Assembly: GCA_040437565.1 (NCBI GenBank)
Contig: JBDOQK010000063.1
Coordinates: forward strand, 62,001 to 126,000
DNA from: Albugo candida
Lineage: Eukaryota
Length of the DNA stretch: 64,000 bases
Direction: 5' to 3'
Shown: one piece after another, positions 1-10,999 of the stretch
Numbering within the stretch: position 1 is the stretch's first letter
Layout: every line of letters starts with the position of its first letter
The notes under the pieces: generated by a model
What the model saw: the letters and a program-made list of their open reading frames with translations, nothing else
What the model was told of the DNA's origin: nothing
Database searches by the model: none
Translations under genes and position numbers: made by a program

Positions 1-837
1 CAAAACGCTGAGCATCAAATTACCGTTTTTGGTGATGATTGTTAAGAATTTGAAAAAGTATTTCACATTTGAAGTGCAAGTGTTGGACGATAAAAATGTT
101 CGTCGTCGTTTCCGCGCTTCCAATTACCAAAGTTCGACACGTGTCAAGCCGTTTATCTGTACGATGCCTATGCGACTGGACGACGGATGGAATCAGATTC
201 AATTCAATTTGTCTGATTTCACTCGACGTGCGTATGGGACGAATTATATTGAAACATTGCGCGTTCAAGTGCATGCGAATTGCCGCATCCGACGAATTTA
301 CTTTTCGGATCGCTTGTACTCTGAAGAAGAATTACCTCCNNNNNNNNNNNNNNNNNNNNNNNNNNNNNNNNNNNNNNNNNNNNNNNNNNNNNNNNNNNNN
401 NNNNNNNNNNNNNNNNNNNNNNNNNNNNNNNNNNNNNNNCTGGAAATCATGGGAACAAATGTCAGTACTAATTTCATTACCTGCCCTGCACAACCGACCA
501 AAACGCTGAGCATCAAATTACCGTTTTTGGTGATGATTGTTAAGAATTTGAAAAAGTATTTCACATTTGAAGTGCAAGTGTTGGACGATAAAAATGTTCG
601 TCGTCGTTTCCGCGCTTCCAATTACCAAAGTTCGACACGTGTCAAGCCGTTTATCTGTACGATGCCTATGCGACTGGACGACGGATGGAATCAGATTCAA
701 TTCAATTTGTCTGATTTCACTCGACGTGCGTATGGGACGAATTATATTGAAACATTGCGCGTTCAAGTGCATGCGAATTGCCGCATCCGACGAATTTACT
801 TTTCGGATCGCTTGTACTCTGAAGAAGAATTACCTCC
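1..837 (+). repeat. Gap-flanking duplication 1-339 = 499-837, representative of ten such overlaps
   Basis: The same pattern occurs at 6332-6538/6639-6845, 8300-8627/8728-9054, about 26660-26675/26776-26791, 32150-32210/32311-32371, 34345-34769/34870-35294, 41596-42170/42271-42845, 47998-48391/48492-48885, 48887-49590/49691-50393 and 53488-55677/55778-57966. The left copy always ends at a 100-N gap. Confidence 0.9.
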
Positions 838-922
838 CGAATTCAAACTCTTCTTACCGGTCCCAAAACAATCAACTTCATCGGAAGCTTCCAAGGAATC
901 TCCAGCCGAACAACAGCAATAA
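440..922 (+). CDS. CFAP20: Cilia- and flagella-associated protein 20 (BUG22), 5'-partial; 1-339 is a gap-flanking copy of part of it
   Basis: Translation [16 protein letters not shown]...[38 protein letters not shown]...[59 protein letters not shown] is the highly conserved CFAP20 sequence. Stop TAA at 920-922. Confidence 0.95.
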   Translation: MEIMGTNVSTNFITCPAQPTKTLSIKLPFLVMIVKNLKKYFTFEVQVLDDKNVRRRFRASNYQSSTRVKPFICTMPMRLDDGWNQIQFNLSDFTRRAYGTNYIETLRVQVHANCRIRRIYFSDRLYSEEELPPEFKLFLPVPKQSTSSEASKESPAEQQQ

Positions 923-975
923 GCCCACCCGATTAGAAGCCCGCGATATAATCAGATGAATGTATTTTTCTTTGT

Positions 976-1690
976 TTATTTTCGTAGGGAACCCTTACTG
1001 AATCGTTCGGCCAGCCACATGATCCCGTCATCGACTCCTTGGCCTGTGATCGCGTCACTAGCACTGAGATGGCGTCAGAAAAGCGTCCGAATAAGAGCGT
1101 TTATTTACGTAATGTGCCAGGATTTTCCTTCCAGAGTGTGTAGTTCCATCTGTTCCATGCACTCAACCGGAGAAAGAGCTTGTGGCAGATCCATTTTGTT
1201 TGCAAAGAATAGAATTGGCGCATTATTACTTGCGATCGCTTTGTGCGTTAAAAGCTGTTGAAGCTCATCCTACATATTTTATTAAACAGATGTTATAGAG
1301 ATAAAGAGGTAGTGGTGAACCTTGACAACACACAGTCGAATCGCGTCCGTGGAGTCAATTACGAAAATAATCGCTTTGACGTCGTCATAGTACGTTTCCC
1401 ATAAATTACGATATCGATTCTGCACGTTTTCACGTTAGTATGAGCCTTATATTAAGCCAATCGAATCGCACTTGTCCCGACATGTCGAAAACTGTAAAAT
1501 TCAAATTCGCTTTAGAAAACTGTTCCACTTGGAACCCAATTGTCGGTACAATTTCCTTTGTTTGCGATTTACGAGGTTTGAGATGATTGATCAGTGTGGT
1601 CTTTCCGCTGTTATCCAGCCCAATCACGAGAATCTGTACATTCGTTTTCTTCAGTCCCAAGGTCTTGCTGAGCAGCTTGAAGAGACCCAT
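976..1690 (-). CDS. ARL6: ADP-ribosylation factor-like GTPase ARL6/BBS3, 4 exons
   Basis: MG N-terminus, [10 protein letters not shown]-loop, [33 protein letters not shown] and [21 protein letters not shown] introns read on the minus strand at 1420-1471, 1270-1320 and 1064-1108. The DMSGQ form of the G3 motif is typical of ARL6. Confidence 0.9.
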
Positions 1691-1977
1691 GTGAAATCTC
1701 GAAATAGAATCAATTGCTACAACGAATAAACTCCAGGTTGTTCGTCGTTTGCGGATTCAGCGATTGTGTATCATTCAAAAAGCCGAATAAATGCATCGAA
1801 TGTGCGGAGAACGCCTTCAGTTCTTCAAATTGTGTCGCACGAAGTGTGCAATAAGTAGTGCGAAATTTGCCTTTTGAAGTAGGATTGAAAATAAGCCAAT
1901 CAAAATAATACATTTTCCTTTTTATCCAATCAAAAAGCGAGAAGCATTGAAAAAGTCTTCGAAAAAAAATCGACTTG

Positions 1978-3936
1978 ATGGAGTCCGTACCATCGCCCGT
2001 TATTGTGACACAAGAAGACCACGAGCGTCTTTCGCTGTATAAAGAATCCGCTAACGAGAAAACCCCCCTTATACCTCACAAAAATAATCTCATTCCCATA
2101 AAAAACGACAACAAATCGCAATGCAACAGTCAGACGATTTTATCGACTACTCCTTTGACCAATTTGGATGACGCATTTTTGAAGCGCAAAGGCAATTTAG
2201 CGGCTCTCCTTCACGCAACAAATGGAAATGGAAATGGAACGGTAGATGATGAGCATACAGAGCTTGAAATTGCTCATGAAGAAGCAACTCCTTCGTTAAT
2301 TGTGGCGAATGGAATCGCTTCGAAAACACTTTTCCGAGCTTGTGTCAAAGGCGACATCATTCAAGCTCAAAAATGCATCGACAAAGTCATGTATCATTCA
2401 AACGACAACGAGCCCTCCTTTACTCTCTTCCAGTTATTCACACTTCTTGAACCACGCCACCAAATGAATGTGCTGAATTTGGCGGTGTATTATGACCAAC
2501 CAAAAATGACTGCTTTTTTGATACAAATCGCGAAGGAACATTTAGCACCAATAAAAAAGCAAGAACACATTGTGGAAGGCGTACTAAATGAACCAAATTT
2601 ATTCCAAGCATTTCTCGACTCGCGCAGCGATAAAGCCAAATATTATGCGACCTCATTGATGCTATGTCCTTCTGTGGCATGCGCGACTATCCTCATCGAT
2701 AATGGCGCTCGTCTGGAGCTTCGAAATCCGACGGGAATGACTGCATTACATTATGCTTCAAGTACAGGAAACGCCGCATTACTGAGCCTATTAGTGTCAC
2801 GTGGAGCAAATATTAACAGTACGGACTCGAGAGGTGCTACAGCGCTTCATTGGGCGGTTTTTGAAGGGTATCAATACACAGCGATGCTGTTGGTTGGATA
2901 TCACGCAGACCAATCGCTCGTAGATTCCGAGATGCAGACACCGCTTATGATTGCATGCGCATTAGGTGATGCATTCCTCGCAAAACAGCTCGTTGTGGAA
3001 GGTGCATGTATCCGTCACAAGGATCGACATGGGCGATCAGCGATGGATATCGCCAAAGAAGGAGGACATTTGGAGACGATTAGTGCTTTAAAAGCCGGGG
3101 CTTCAGATCGATTGGTATCGAGAATCTCGCGAAATGGTGGAGCTGCTTTCTTCTTCTGGATCACCATCATTCTGATCGAAAGTCTATTTCTGATATTTTC
3201 GATTCCTTTTGTATCAAAACCGCAAACCAGTTGTCTCTTCTCGTTGGCAGTTTGTAGTGTGAGCTGTGGACTTTATATTTGGGTGTGGCTCAAAGATCCC
3301 GGGTACGTCCCTCTGTCTTCTCGTCCAGTGTACGAAATTCTCGCATCCGATTGTACCAGTGTACCATGTCCAACGTGTAAAAGTGTAAAACCCTTTCGAT
3401 CCAAACACTGCTCCTCGTGTCGCCGATGTGTCTATCGATTTGACCATCATTGTCCATGGGTAAACAATTGTATTGGAATTGGAAATCACGCTATTTTTCT
3501 GGCATTTCTCCTTTCGTTGGCGTCATTGTGTGCGTTTATTGGTACTGTCGCCACCATGATACTTTGCAATGTGCTTCCGCTTCGACGAGCAATTACAGAA
3601 ACTGATACAAAGCCGCTTCTTGGAAGTATTCTTCACAAATTCTTTCATGGTGTCTGGAGCGTATCATCTTGGGCGTCGGCAGCTACTATTCGATGGATCC
3701 AAGTAGTGCTTTTGTTCGTATCAATTCTCTTTGGGGTCCCTACAATCATTCTGCTGGGGTTACAATTCCGTAACATCAGTCGAAATCTCACCACAAATGA
3801 ACTTTTTAACAAGGACAAGTATCCGTATTTAAAGAATACGTTTGATGAATTTACAAATCCGTATGATCGCGGTGTATGGAACAACTGCGTAGAGATATGT
3901 TCGACTCACAACACGGAGCGTGTGCGCGTGATATAG
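1978..3936 (+). CDS. Ankyrin-repeat DHHC palmitoyltransferase (Akr1/ZDHHC13/17-like)
   Basis: Ankyrin repeats ([23 protein letters not shown]), TM helices, DPG motif, CxxC...RSKHC...[17 protein letters not shown] cysteine-rich domain, TTNE motif and NPYDRG. First ATG at 1978. Confidence 0.95.
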   Translation: MESVPSPVIVTQEDHERLSLYKESANEKTPLIPHKNNLIPIKNDNKSQCNSQTILSTTPLTNLDDAFLKRKGNLAALLHATNGNGNGTVDDEHTELEIAHEEATPSLIVANGIASKTLFRACVKGDIIQAQKCIDKVMYHSNDNEPSFTLFQLFTLLEPRHQMNVLNLAVYYDQPKMTAFLIQIAKEHLAPIKKQEHIVEGVLNEPNLFQAFLDSRSDKAKYYATSLMLCPSVACATILIDNGARLELRNPTGMTALHYASSTGNAALLSLLVSRGANINSTDSRGATALHWAVFEGYQYTAMLLVGYHADQSLVDSEMQTPLMIACALGDAFLAKQLVVEGACIRHKDRHGRSAMDIAKEGGHLETISALKAGASDRLVSRISRNGGAAFFFWITIILIESLFLIFSIPFVSKPQTSCLFSLAVCSVSCGLYIWVWLKDPGYVPLSSRPVYEILASDCTSVPCPTCKSVKPFRSKHCSSCRRCVYRFDHHCPWVNNCIGIGNHAIFLAFLLSLASLCAFIGTVATMILCNVLPLRRAITETDTKPLLGSILHKFFHGVWSVSSWASAATIRWIQVVLLFVSILFGVPTIILLGLQFRNISRNLTTNELFNKDKYPYLKNTFDEFTNPYDRGVWNNCVEICSTHNTERVRVI

Positions 3937-4001
3937 TGTTTAGTGTAGAGCTTTAGATAACAAGTATTATTCCGGTGTGTATTCATACGATACAGTACGA
4001 T

Positions 4002-4439
4002 TTAGTGAGCGTAACCTCTAGTGGCTCGGACGATTTCACGAGCGATTAACTTGTCCGTTTTGAGCTGATGTACTCTTTTGCGCTGTCGTTCATTCTCAAT
4101 CTCTTCAACACGATCTATGTAAATACGCCGCCGCAATGCATCCTCTTCTTGTTGGCGAATTCTTTCATTCTTTTCGAATCGTTTGCGCTCTGATTCAGAT
4201 TTCGCAAACGCACTTTTCTGCCACAACGGGTTACGTGTACGCCCTTCTGGGGGATATACACCCGTGTGCCTTAGGTGCGATCGTATAGCTTTGTTTCCAA
4301 AATGCTGACGGAGATAGGGATCGGATAAAGCATTGTACGGTCGTAGAGGTTGCTGATTGATGCCGCCAAGAGTGAAGTTGTTTTCACGATCCGATAGAGT
4401 CTCTTGACTTTTTTTTATTGGTTTGATTAATTCGCTCAT
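4002..4439 (-). CDS. Small protein resembling the N-terminal domain of ciliary ERICH3, plus a coiled coil
   Basis: 145 aa intact ORF. YNALSDPYLRQHFGNKAIRSHLRHTGVYPPEGR resembles the ERICH3 N-terminal pattern YNxLxDxxLxxxF...RxHLxxxG. Recognised from memory, not by search. Confidence 0.6.
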   Translation of the reverse strand: MSELIKPIKKSQETLSDRENNFTLGGINQQPLRPYNALSDPYLRQHFGNKAIRSHLRHTGVYPPEGRTRNPLWQKSAFAKSESERKRFEKNERIRQQEEDALRRRIYIDRVEEIENERQRKRVHQLKTDKLIAREIVRATRGYAH

Positions 4440-4741
4440 AAAATAAGTCTGGCAGCGTCGAGTGACTGTCGCATCGCTGCTACTTATTTATAGAAGGAAT
4501 TACAATTAAGTTTAAAATAAAATGTGAAATGTAGGTACATACGTGCTACCTTGATGTCGAAGTATGGAACTACACAACATACGTACTACCGTCATACTTG
4601 TCTATATGATACGCACGTTTCGTGGTATCGTCAGGTTACTTGATAGAAATTGTAATGATGTTGTTCAACAATACGTACTTAGCAATCGTCATGTCGCTTA
4701 GATCCGAATATTTAGCTTGAATTTCTCTTTCATTTGAAACA

Positions 4742-4756
4742 TCATTCCTCAATTTC
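4742..4756 (+). promoter_or_regulatory. Oomycete Inr-FPR core promoter upstream of ISCU copy 1
   Basis: TCATTCCTCAATTTC fits the oomycete TCATTYBNNNWTTY consensus and starts 23 nt before the ATG. It is conserved in copy 2 as TCATTCCTTAATTTC. Confidence 0.7.
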
Positions 4757-4764
4757 TCTCAAGA

Positions 4765-5250
4765 ATGTCACGTCAACTATTAAAACATTCGCAACAAACA
4801 TTGGCTTTATCGGCTGCTACAACACTGCGTAACTCGACTGGAATCGCTATCAACACCATACAACAGCGTCAGTACCATGAAAATGTTATCGATCATTATG
4901 AGAATCCGAGAAATGTCGGTTCATTGGACAAAGCTGCGAAAGACGTTGGTACTGGATTAGTAGGTGCTCCTGCTTGTGGTGACGTCATGAAACTACAAAT
5001 CAAAGTCGATGAAAATGGCAAGATTGTGGATTCTAAATTCAAAACGTTTGGCTGTGGATCAGCGATTGCGTCCAGCTCTGTTGCTACCGAATGGCTGAAA
5101 GGAAGAACTGTGGACGAATGTATAAGCATTAAGAATACTGATATCGCTAGCCACTTGAAGCTCCCACCAGTCAAGTTACATTGCAGCATGCTTGCAGAGG
5201 ATGCCATCAAAGCCGCTATCAAGGACTACAAGAAAAAACAGACAGCCTAA
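4765..5250 (+). CDS. ISCU: Mitochondrial Fe-S cluster scaffold IscU/Isu1
   Basis: Transit-peptide-like N-terminus, then YHENVIDHYENPRNVG, GAPACGDVMKLQI, FKTFGCGSAIASSS and LPPVKLHCSMLAEDAIKAAI. Confidence 0.98.
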   Translation: MSRQLLKHSQQTLALSAATTLRNSTGIAINTIQQRQYHENVIDHYENPRNVGSLDKAAKDVGTGLVGAPACGDVMKLQIKVDENGKIVDSKFKTFGCGSAIASSSVATEWLKGRTVDECISIKNTDIASHLKLPPVKLHCSMLAEDAIKAAIKDYKKKQTA

Positions 5251-5382
5251 AATTTCCTCATCTTTATCTTTCTTGATATAAATGTAATTTCTTAAACTTG
5301 AATTGCTTGGTCGTTGTTGCTCCCTCTCCCTCCTTTTAATTGGATAAATGTCGTACGAAAGTCCCTCAATTTAAGCCAATCA

Positions 5383-6051
5383 ATGCTGTCCTCTCACCGT
5401 CGTCTCATAGAGCGCCAAGGAAAATATGGAACACCGCGACAAGAGTATTTACAAGAGCTTGTTTGTGCATTCCAAGGAGCCAAAGATTTTTTAAGACGGG
5501 AAGAGATTCTTGCAAATTTGGCCAACTTTGCATACGATCCAATAAATTATTGCTGCTTGAAGGAATTGCACGTAATAACTTTGTTTTTAGATGTGCTCGC
5601 ACAAAGTAAACTCAACGAAGAGAAAGCACAACGAGAAAACAATGAAAACAGGCACAAGAATGCGATGATAGAATTTGCGTTGGCAGGTATCTGTAACTGC
5701 ATTACCGATCCAAGATTACAGCTACAGTTTTTCGCTTCAAATGGCACAAATGAAATCATCCGATGCGTTCGGAAATTGGTGGGAAGAAATGGTGTTTCTA
5801 CATCAGTGACAAAGCTAAATCAGCAACTATCTGCCATGACGATATGTTATTTTCTATTAGACTCGAGCTCTTTCCATCAGCTGACAAGCAATTTCGATTT
5901 TATGGAACAAAAGAGCAACGCAATCAAACACCAACAAGACAGTATTTTATCCATCATGCACAGTCATCAAAGTCACCATAACATTCAAATTGCAAATATT
6001 GCAACCGTTTTTCTTCAACGGTATCAAGAGCTACTTGCACTATACGCCTGA
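5383..6051 (+). CDS. ARMC7: Armadillo repeat-containing protein 7-like
   Basis: MLSSHRRLIERQGKYGTPRQEYLQELVCAFQ...ILANLANFAYDPINY...LFLD...IEFALAGICN matches the ARMC7 pattern. ATG at 5383. Confidence 0.85.
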   Translation: MLSSHRRLIERQGKYGTPRQEYLQELVCAFQGAKDFLRREEILANLANFAYDPINYCCLKELHVITLFLDVLAQSKLNEEKAQRENNENRHKNAMIEFALAGICNCITDPRLQLQFFASNGTNEIIRCVRKLVGRNGVSTSVTKLNQQLSAMTICYFLLDSSSFHQLTSNFDFMEQKSNAIKHQQDSILSIMHSHQSHHNIQIANIATVFLQRYQELLALYA

Positions 6052-7369
6052 AGTACTCGATTCTCTTGTCAGAAGAATAGACATTGGATAAAATGTGTAT
6101 ATCTGCGTATACTTATCTGAAAGCCTTGACGCAATCATAAATTGATGCAACAATTCTCAAAATATTTGTAATTTATCACGATTGGCAAATGTCAATAATT
6201 TTGCACAAGCATAAATTCCCCTATGCAGGAATTCTAAGTGGAATAATACTTTACATAGAAAGCCGTTGACTTAATCGATAGTTTGATTGATTGAATCCGA
6301 ATATTGCAATCGTATCATTAGCGTCACGTATCAAAGGCGAGAAGTATTGATCGTATAGCCTATATACCAGAAGGAATTCCGAGAACTGGTAGGATGACGG
6401 GAATAACAGGCAAAGGTTTGCTCTAGAAATCGCACAAAATAAACAAATCCTTAAAAGAGCAAACTTTTTAACTTAATTTCTTTCTTTCAGAATATAACGA
6501 TAGCGTTAGCCATCGCATAACGTGCTCAGGCTGAGCTCNNNNNNNNNNNNNNNNNNNNNNNNNNNNNNNNNNNNNNNNNNNNNNNNNNNNNNNNNNNNNN
6601 NNNNNNNNNNNNNNNNNNNNNNNNNNNNNNNNNNNNNNCAAAGGCGAGAAGTATTGATCGTATAGCCTATATACCAGAAGGAATTCCGAGAACTGGTAGG
6701 ATGACGGGAATAACAGGCAAAGGTTTGCTCTAGAAATCGCACAAAATAAACAAATCCTTAAAAGAGCAAACTTTTTAACTTAATTTCTTTCTTTCAGAAT
6801 ATAACGATAGCGTTAGCCATCGCATAACGTGCTCAGGCTGAGCTCTGTGCATTTCTCTCATCGATCAGCTTAACCTCCATATGTGTATAAATCGTATATT
6901 ATGAAGCATGTGAGGCTTTTATAAAAAACGATTTTGTCAGTAGTGCTTCATGAAGCACGATGTCTGCATTGTCTGCCTCGTTATCGGCTTCTGAGGCGCT
7001 GTTTTGGCTGATGTGTATCAAAATAAATTAATCTTCTTCAATGCACCAAAGAGTCCCAACAAACGAGTCCAAAATGAGCACGCGTTCCTCACAACACTCA
7101 GTACTTCATTATCAGCTGAATAGCGCTGCAAGGAGAAAGCTTGATCGTTTTAAGAGAAATATACTGATCGAAATACCTTGTTAGATTGACAATATATGCG
7201 CCATGCGAAAAGTCCGTAGGATTGTCAGCCTTTTCATATTTCTTACTCATAGATTTCGAACCCTTAACGAAGACGATAAGTCGCCAATGCGTAGTTCATG
7301 ATACCACGAAAGTGGAAGAGTCGAAGGTTCTGATAAGACAATTATCATAAGCTCTTTCAGTTTGTATCG

Positions 7370-8085
7370 ACATCTTACCAATTGGTCAAAGATTCAAAGG
7401 ATTAACATCATAAGTACCTTATTGATGCGAGAGAAAAAGTGATGGCACGATGGGCCGATACGGAGAAAGAGGAACCAGCGGAAGATGAATTGCGTGCTTT
7501 GGGGAGACAGAGGAGACTCTAAAATTGTTGAATAGCTGAGCAAAATGTCATACAAAACCTCGATGAGAAAGTAGCGATAGCGGCAAAATCATATGAGCTT
7601 GTTGATCATCATATACGCCGTCTGGATCAGGATTTGGAAGTATTTGGTGCCCTTTTCAAGCAAAATGGAGAATTTGATAAAGATATGGACGATGAGAAAC
7701 GAATAAGTGCACGTAAGCGACGACAAGATAAATCGATTCAGCAGGAGAAAAATGCATCAGCATTTGCAACGAGTCGTTTCTACAATTAAGAAAAAATTGT
7801 CACTTCAATACTATCGGGCGGAAACGTGGTGCTGGAGAAGCCAGTATGGACACAGATGCAGCAACCAACTGGGTACGTATACCTCAGTGATACTTTTGCC
7901 GCACTTCTTATCTCATTCTATAGGATGATGGGACTGAACTTACACAAGATGAGTCGTCGATTGACCCAAATGAACCCATTTATTGTCATTGTCGACGCGT
8001 TTCATTCGGACAAATGGTCGGCTGTGATAATGACCATTGCCGCTTTGAATGGGTTCACTTTGAGTGTGCTGGTCTCATAGAATTA
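7370..8085 (+). pseudogene. ING-family (inhibitor of growth) PHD protein pseudogene, truncated at both ends
   Basis: LDEKVAIAAKSYELVDHHIRRLDQDL (ING coiled coil, about 7559-7636) and [39 protein letters not shown] (PHD, about 7960-8076). In-frame TAA at 7403-7405 and frameshifts near 7500-7535. The PHD lacks its final W.C..C. Confidence 0.85.
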
Positions 8086-9056
8086 GAAAGTTGTCTCGCG
8101 ACCTGCTTTTGCATCCCATGCACTTTTGGTCCCAAACTGCACGATATCATTCGATTGCGTCTCATTGAGGAGGTAGAGGGTATATCAATGAGCAAATATG
8201 GTTTCGTTATAACAGTGACAGAAGTGCGCGATGAAGACATCGGCAAAGGTGTCATCCAGGACAGTTCATAGTACGTCTGTTTTAATATTCGGTACCGAGC
8301 GATTCTCTTCCGTCCATTCAAAAATCAAGTGCTGGATGCGGTCGTAAGTGTTGTCAATCAATTGGGCTTTCTTGCCGATGTGGGACCATTACAAGTATTC
8401 GTATTGCGACACGCGATGCCGACTGACTTGAAAAATGGCTACGATCACGAGAACAACGCGCGGATATCCGGTGATCGAGAAGTAGAGATCCGAAAAAGTT
8501 GTGGAATTCGACTTCGTATGATGGGCGTCAGTATCGACGTCACTGAGACCGTAAGTAAACAGGTTCCGTCTATTAGAGTGAAAAGATTCGAATGACAGTA
8601 ATTTGTGTAGAATGCGATTGGAACGATNNNNNNNNNNNNNNNNNNNNNNNNNNNNNNNNNNNNNNNNNNNNNNNNNNNNNNNNNNNNNNNNNNNNNNNNN
8701 NNNNNNNNNNNNNNNNNNNNNNNNNNNGATTCTCTTCCGTCCATTCAAAAATCAAGTGCTGGATGCGGTCGTAAGTGTTGTCAATCAATTGGGCTTTCTT
8801 GCCGATGTGGGACCATTACAAGTATTCGTATTGCGACACGCGATGCCGACTGACTTGAAAAATGGCTACGATCACGAGAACAACGCGCGGATATCCGGTG
8901 ATCGAGAAGTAGAGATCCGAAAAAGTTGTGGAATTCGACTTCGTATGATGGGCGTCAGTATCGACGTCACTGAGACCGTAAGTAAACAGGTTCCGTCTAT
9001 TAGAGTGAAAAGATTCGAATGACAGTAATTTGTGTAGAATGCGATTGGAACGATTA
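8086..9056 (+). pseudogene. RPB7: RNA polymerase II subunit RPB7 pseudogene, joined directly to the ING fragment
   Basis: [13 protein letters not shown]-[frameshift about 8125][18 protein letters not shown]...YGFVITV...[12 protein letters not shown] at 8269-8271, then YRAILFRPFKNQVLDAVVSVVNQLGFLADVGPLQVFV, an intron, and NAIGTI. No start codon and no C-terminal end. 8728-9054 repeats 8300-8627 across a gap. Confidence 0.88.
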
Positions 9057-9754
9057 GTTGGGTTTGATATCGACAGAGAATAACAGTTAGGGACGCAGTA
9101 TGGAGTCATATCAATTCCATCAGATAGAGTAGAGTTTGTTGCATCCCTGATTGTATGGAAACGAGAGGAAAGAAGAAAAGACTTATACAGAAAAAGTTTG
9201 AATCAGAATGTATACTAAAAAACAACGCATTATTCGTCTTATCAGATGCATTGGTGTCAGATATCGGTGGTGATATTCATTGAATTAGGATACCTAAACT
9301 TGAACCATCGCGTTCATTGCAGCTGTGCTGCGACTGGCTGTAATTGATCAGAAGCTCACCACAAGGAATACCGTTCAAGTAAACAAACACAATTGATAAA
9401 TATACGTAAAAATACGTATAGACTTAATTTTCCGATTAGTATAGTTGGAACGTGTAAACGTGATTTTGTGTATACTGCATCGTTAAATATCGGACTTAAG
9501 CGTATCAGGGTAGAGTACGTCCTTGCGATCGGTGTATTGTGTCTTAACTGAATGTTTACGCAGCCATAGGGTTACCGAGCATCCAAAGTTTGGAATAAAG
9601 TAAACTTTTTGCATTGCAGCTAACAAACCTTGTGCAACCCTTTGCATCCATCCAACCTAAAAAGAAGCGTAGAGAATGTTCTAGAAGACTGGTAATGCAA
9701 ACTATAGGATGATATATTATCTCATTAAACAAAAATCACCGCTTCAGTTACGCG

Positions 9755-10815
9755 ATGAAAGCGATCGTATGCAAAACATTTGGTCTCGCTGTACTCGGGG
9801 CATTCCAGGAGTATCAGCATTTCGTGGGTGCCTATTACGTCAAGTTGATCACTGTACCATCAGATTGGGATGTACCATCAGATGTACCATTAGATGTACC
9901 ACCACAAGAAATTATTGAAAAAGGATTGAAAGTCGACATAGACCCTCCTTTAAAATCTTGCCCAACGGGGATTGGGAAAAACCACATGACCGTTCATTAA
10001 TATACGCGGTAACCCTTTCGGTTGTTAAACCCATCAAACCTTATTGGATAAAATGTACTTCACTGCAGCGTCGCGGTATGTTGTCGAGCGAATGTGCCAG
10101 GTTTCCACCTTCTGTCCTGTCTCCCGAATATACTATTGGATGGAAAATTGATGTAGAAGTCTTGGAAACATGGATTAGTCGCAAAACGATACACATTTCC
10201 AGAAAAGCCTACGGTTTGAATCTAAACGTTTATCTAAGCTACAATGCGGGTGCTTTATCATTCAGAATGTCACACATTCAAGGGCTCCACATCCGCTTCG
10301 TAGACCCTATAGCCCCCTCCCCAATTATAAAAACCTTTTCTGTCACGGCAGGAATTTTGTGGATGGAGCTGTTTGGCGACGTCATTGAATGTGAATTTTC
10401 ATTCGATCCCAACCAAGCCTTCACCAGCGTTCCAAATGAAATCTACCATAAACTCGAAGTGCTCATGCTTACACTAGGTTACCCAAAAGAAGGGGATGGT
10501 GTTTATAAAGGAAAATGCGATGATGTCAATCGAGTGTTCGACGAGTACGTAATCCACTACCCTGGTTATGACAAAATCGGTATCTTCATTCGCAAAAAAA
10601 AACAAGACCCATATTCGCTTCCTTACGATACTTTCATCGTCGAAACTGATGGACATTGCCATATCAATTTGAGGAATGGAGCAGACAAATGTATTCTGGG
10701 TGCGTCCTTTCTGGAGAACTATGACGTTACTTTCGACAATGAACACCAGAAATTGATGATCAGGGCTTATATTAAGGATGGGGACGCACCGTCGCAATGG
10801 GCACGGTCGACATAA
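9755..10815 (+). pseudogene. Secreted, catalytically degenerate pepsin-like (A1) aspartic-protease-like gene with one frameshift
   Basis: The ORF at 9755 has a hydrophobic N-terminus and DVP repeats and shifts frame near 9955-10000 into a 285 aa ORF. That ORF ends CILGASFLENYDVTFDNEHQKLMI, like the pepsin-family C-terminal motif. FSFDPNQAFTSVP sits where DTG/DSG is expected. The frameshift could be a sequencing error. Confidence 0.55.
9869..9904 (+). repeat. Coding tandem repeat, 3 x 12 bp (GATGTACCA + TCA/TTA/CCA)
   Basis: gatgtaccatca gatgtaccatta gatgtaccacca encodes DVPS-DVPL-DVPP and is preceded by a partial unit. Confidence 0.85.
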
Positions 10816-10999
10816 TCAGCACATTTAAAGTGTTACTAAGTGCGCTACGGTGTATTGGATAGGAATAAATCTCAATATAAATGACTACTTTGCCCACGAA
10901 CCTCCCACTTGCAGAACCTGAGATATACGTACCCAAAAGGAGCGAAGGTGAGCCAAGAAAGGGAATTGTAATTGTTTTCTAGAGTCCAACGCTCACCTT

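Noticed and set aside
29-922. Apparent tandem two-domain CFAP20
   Set aside because: Identical copies on either side of a gap, the same artefact seen at nine other gaps.
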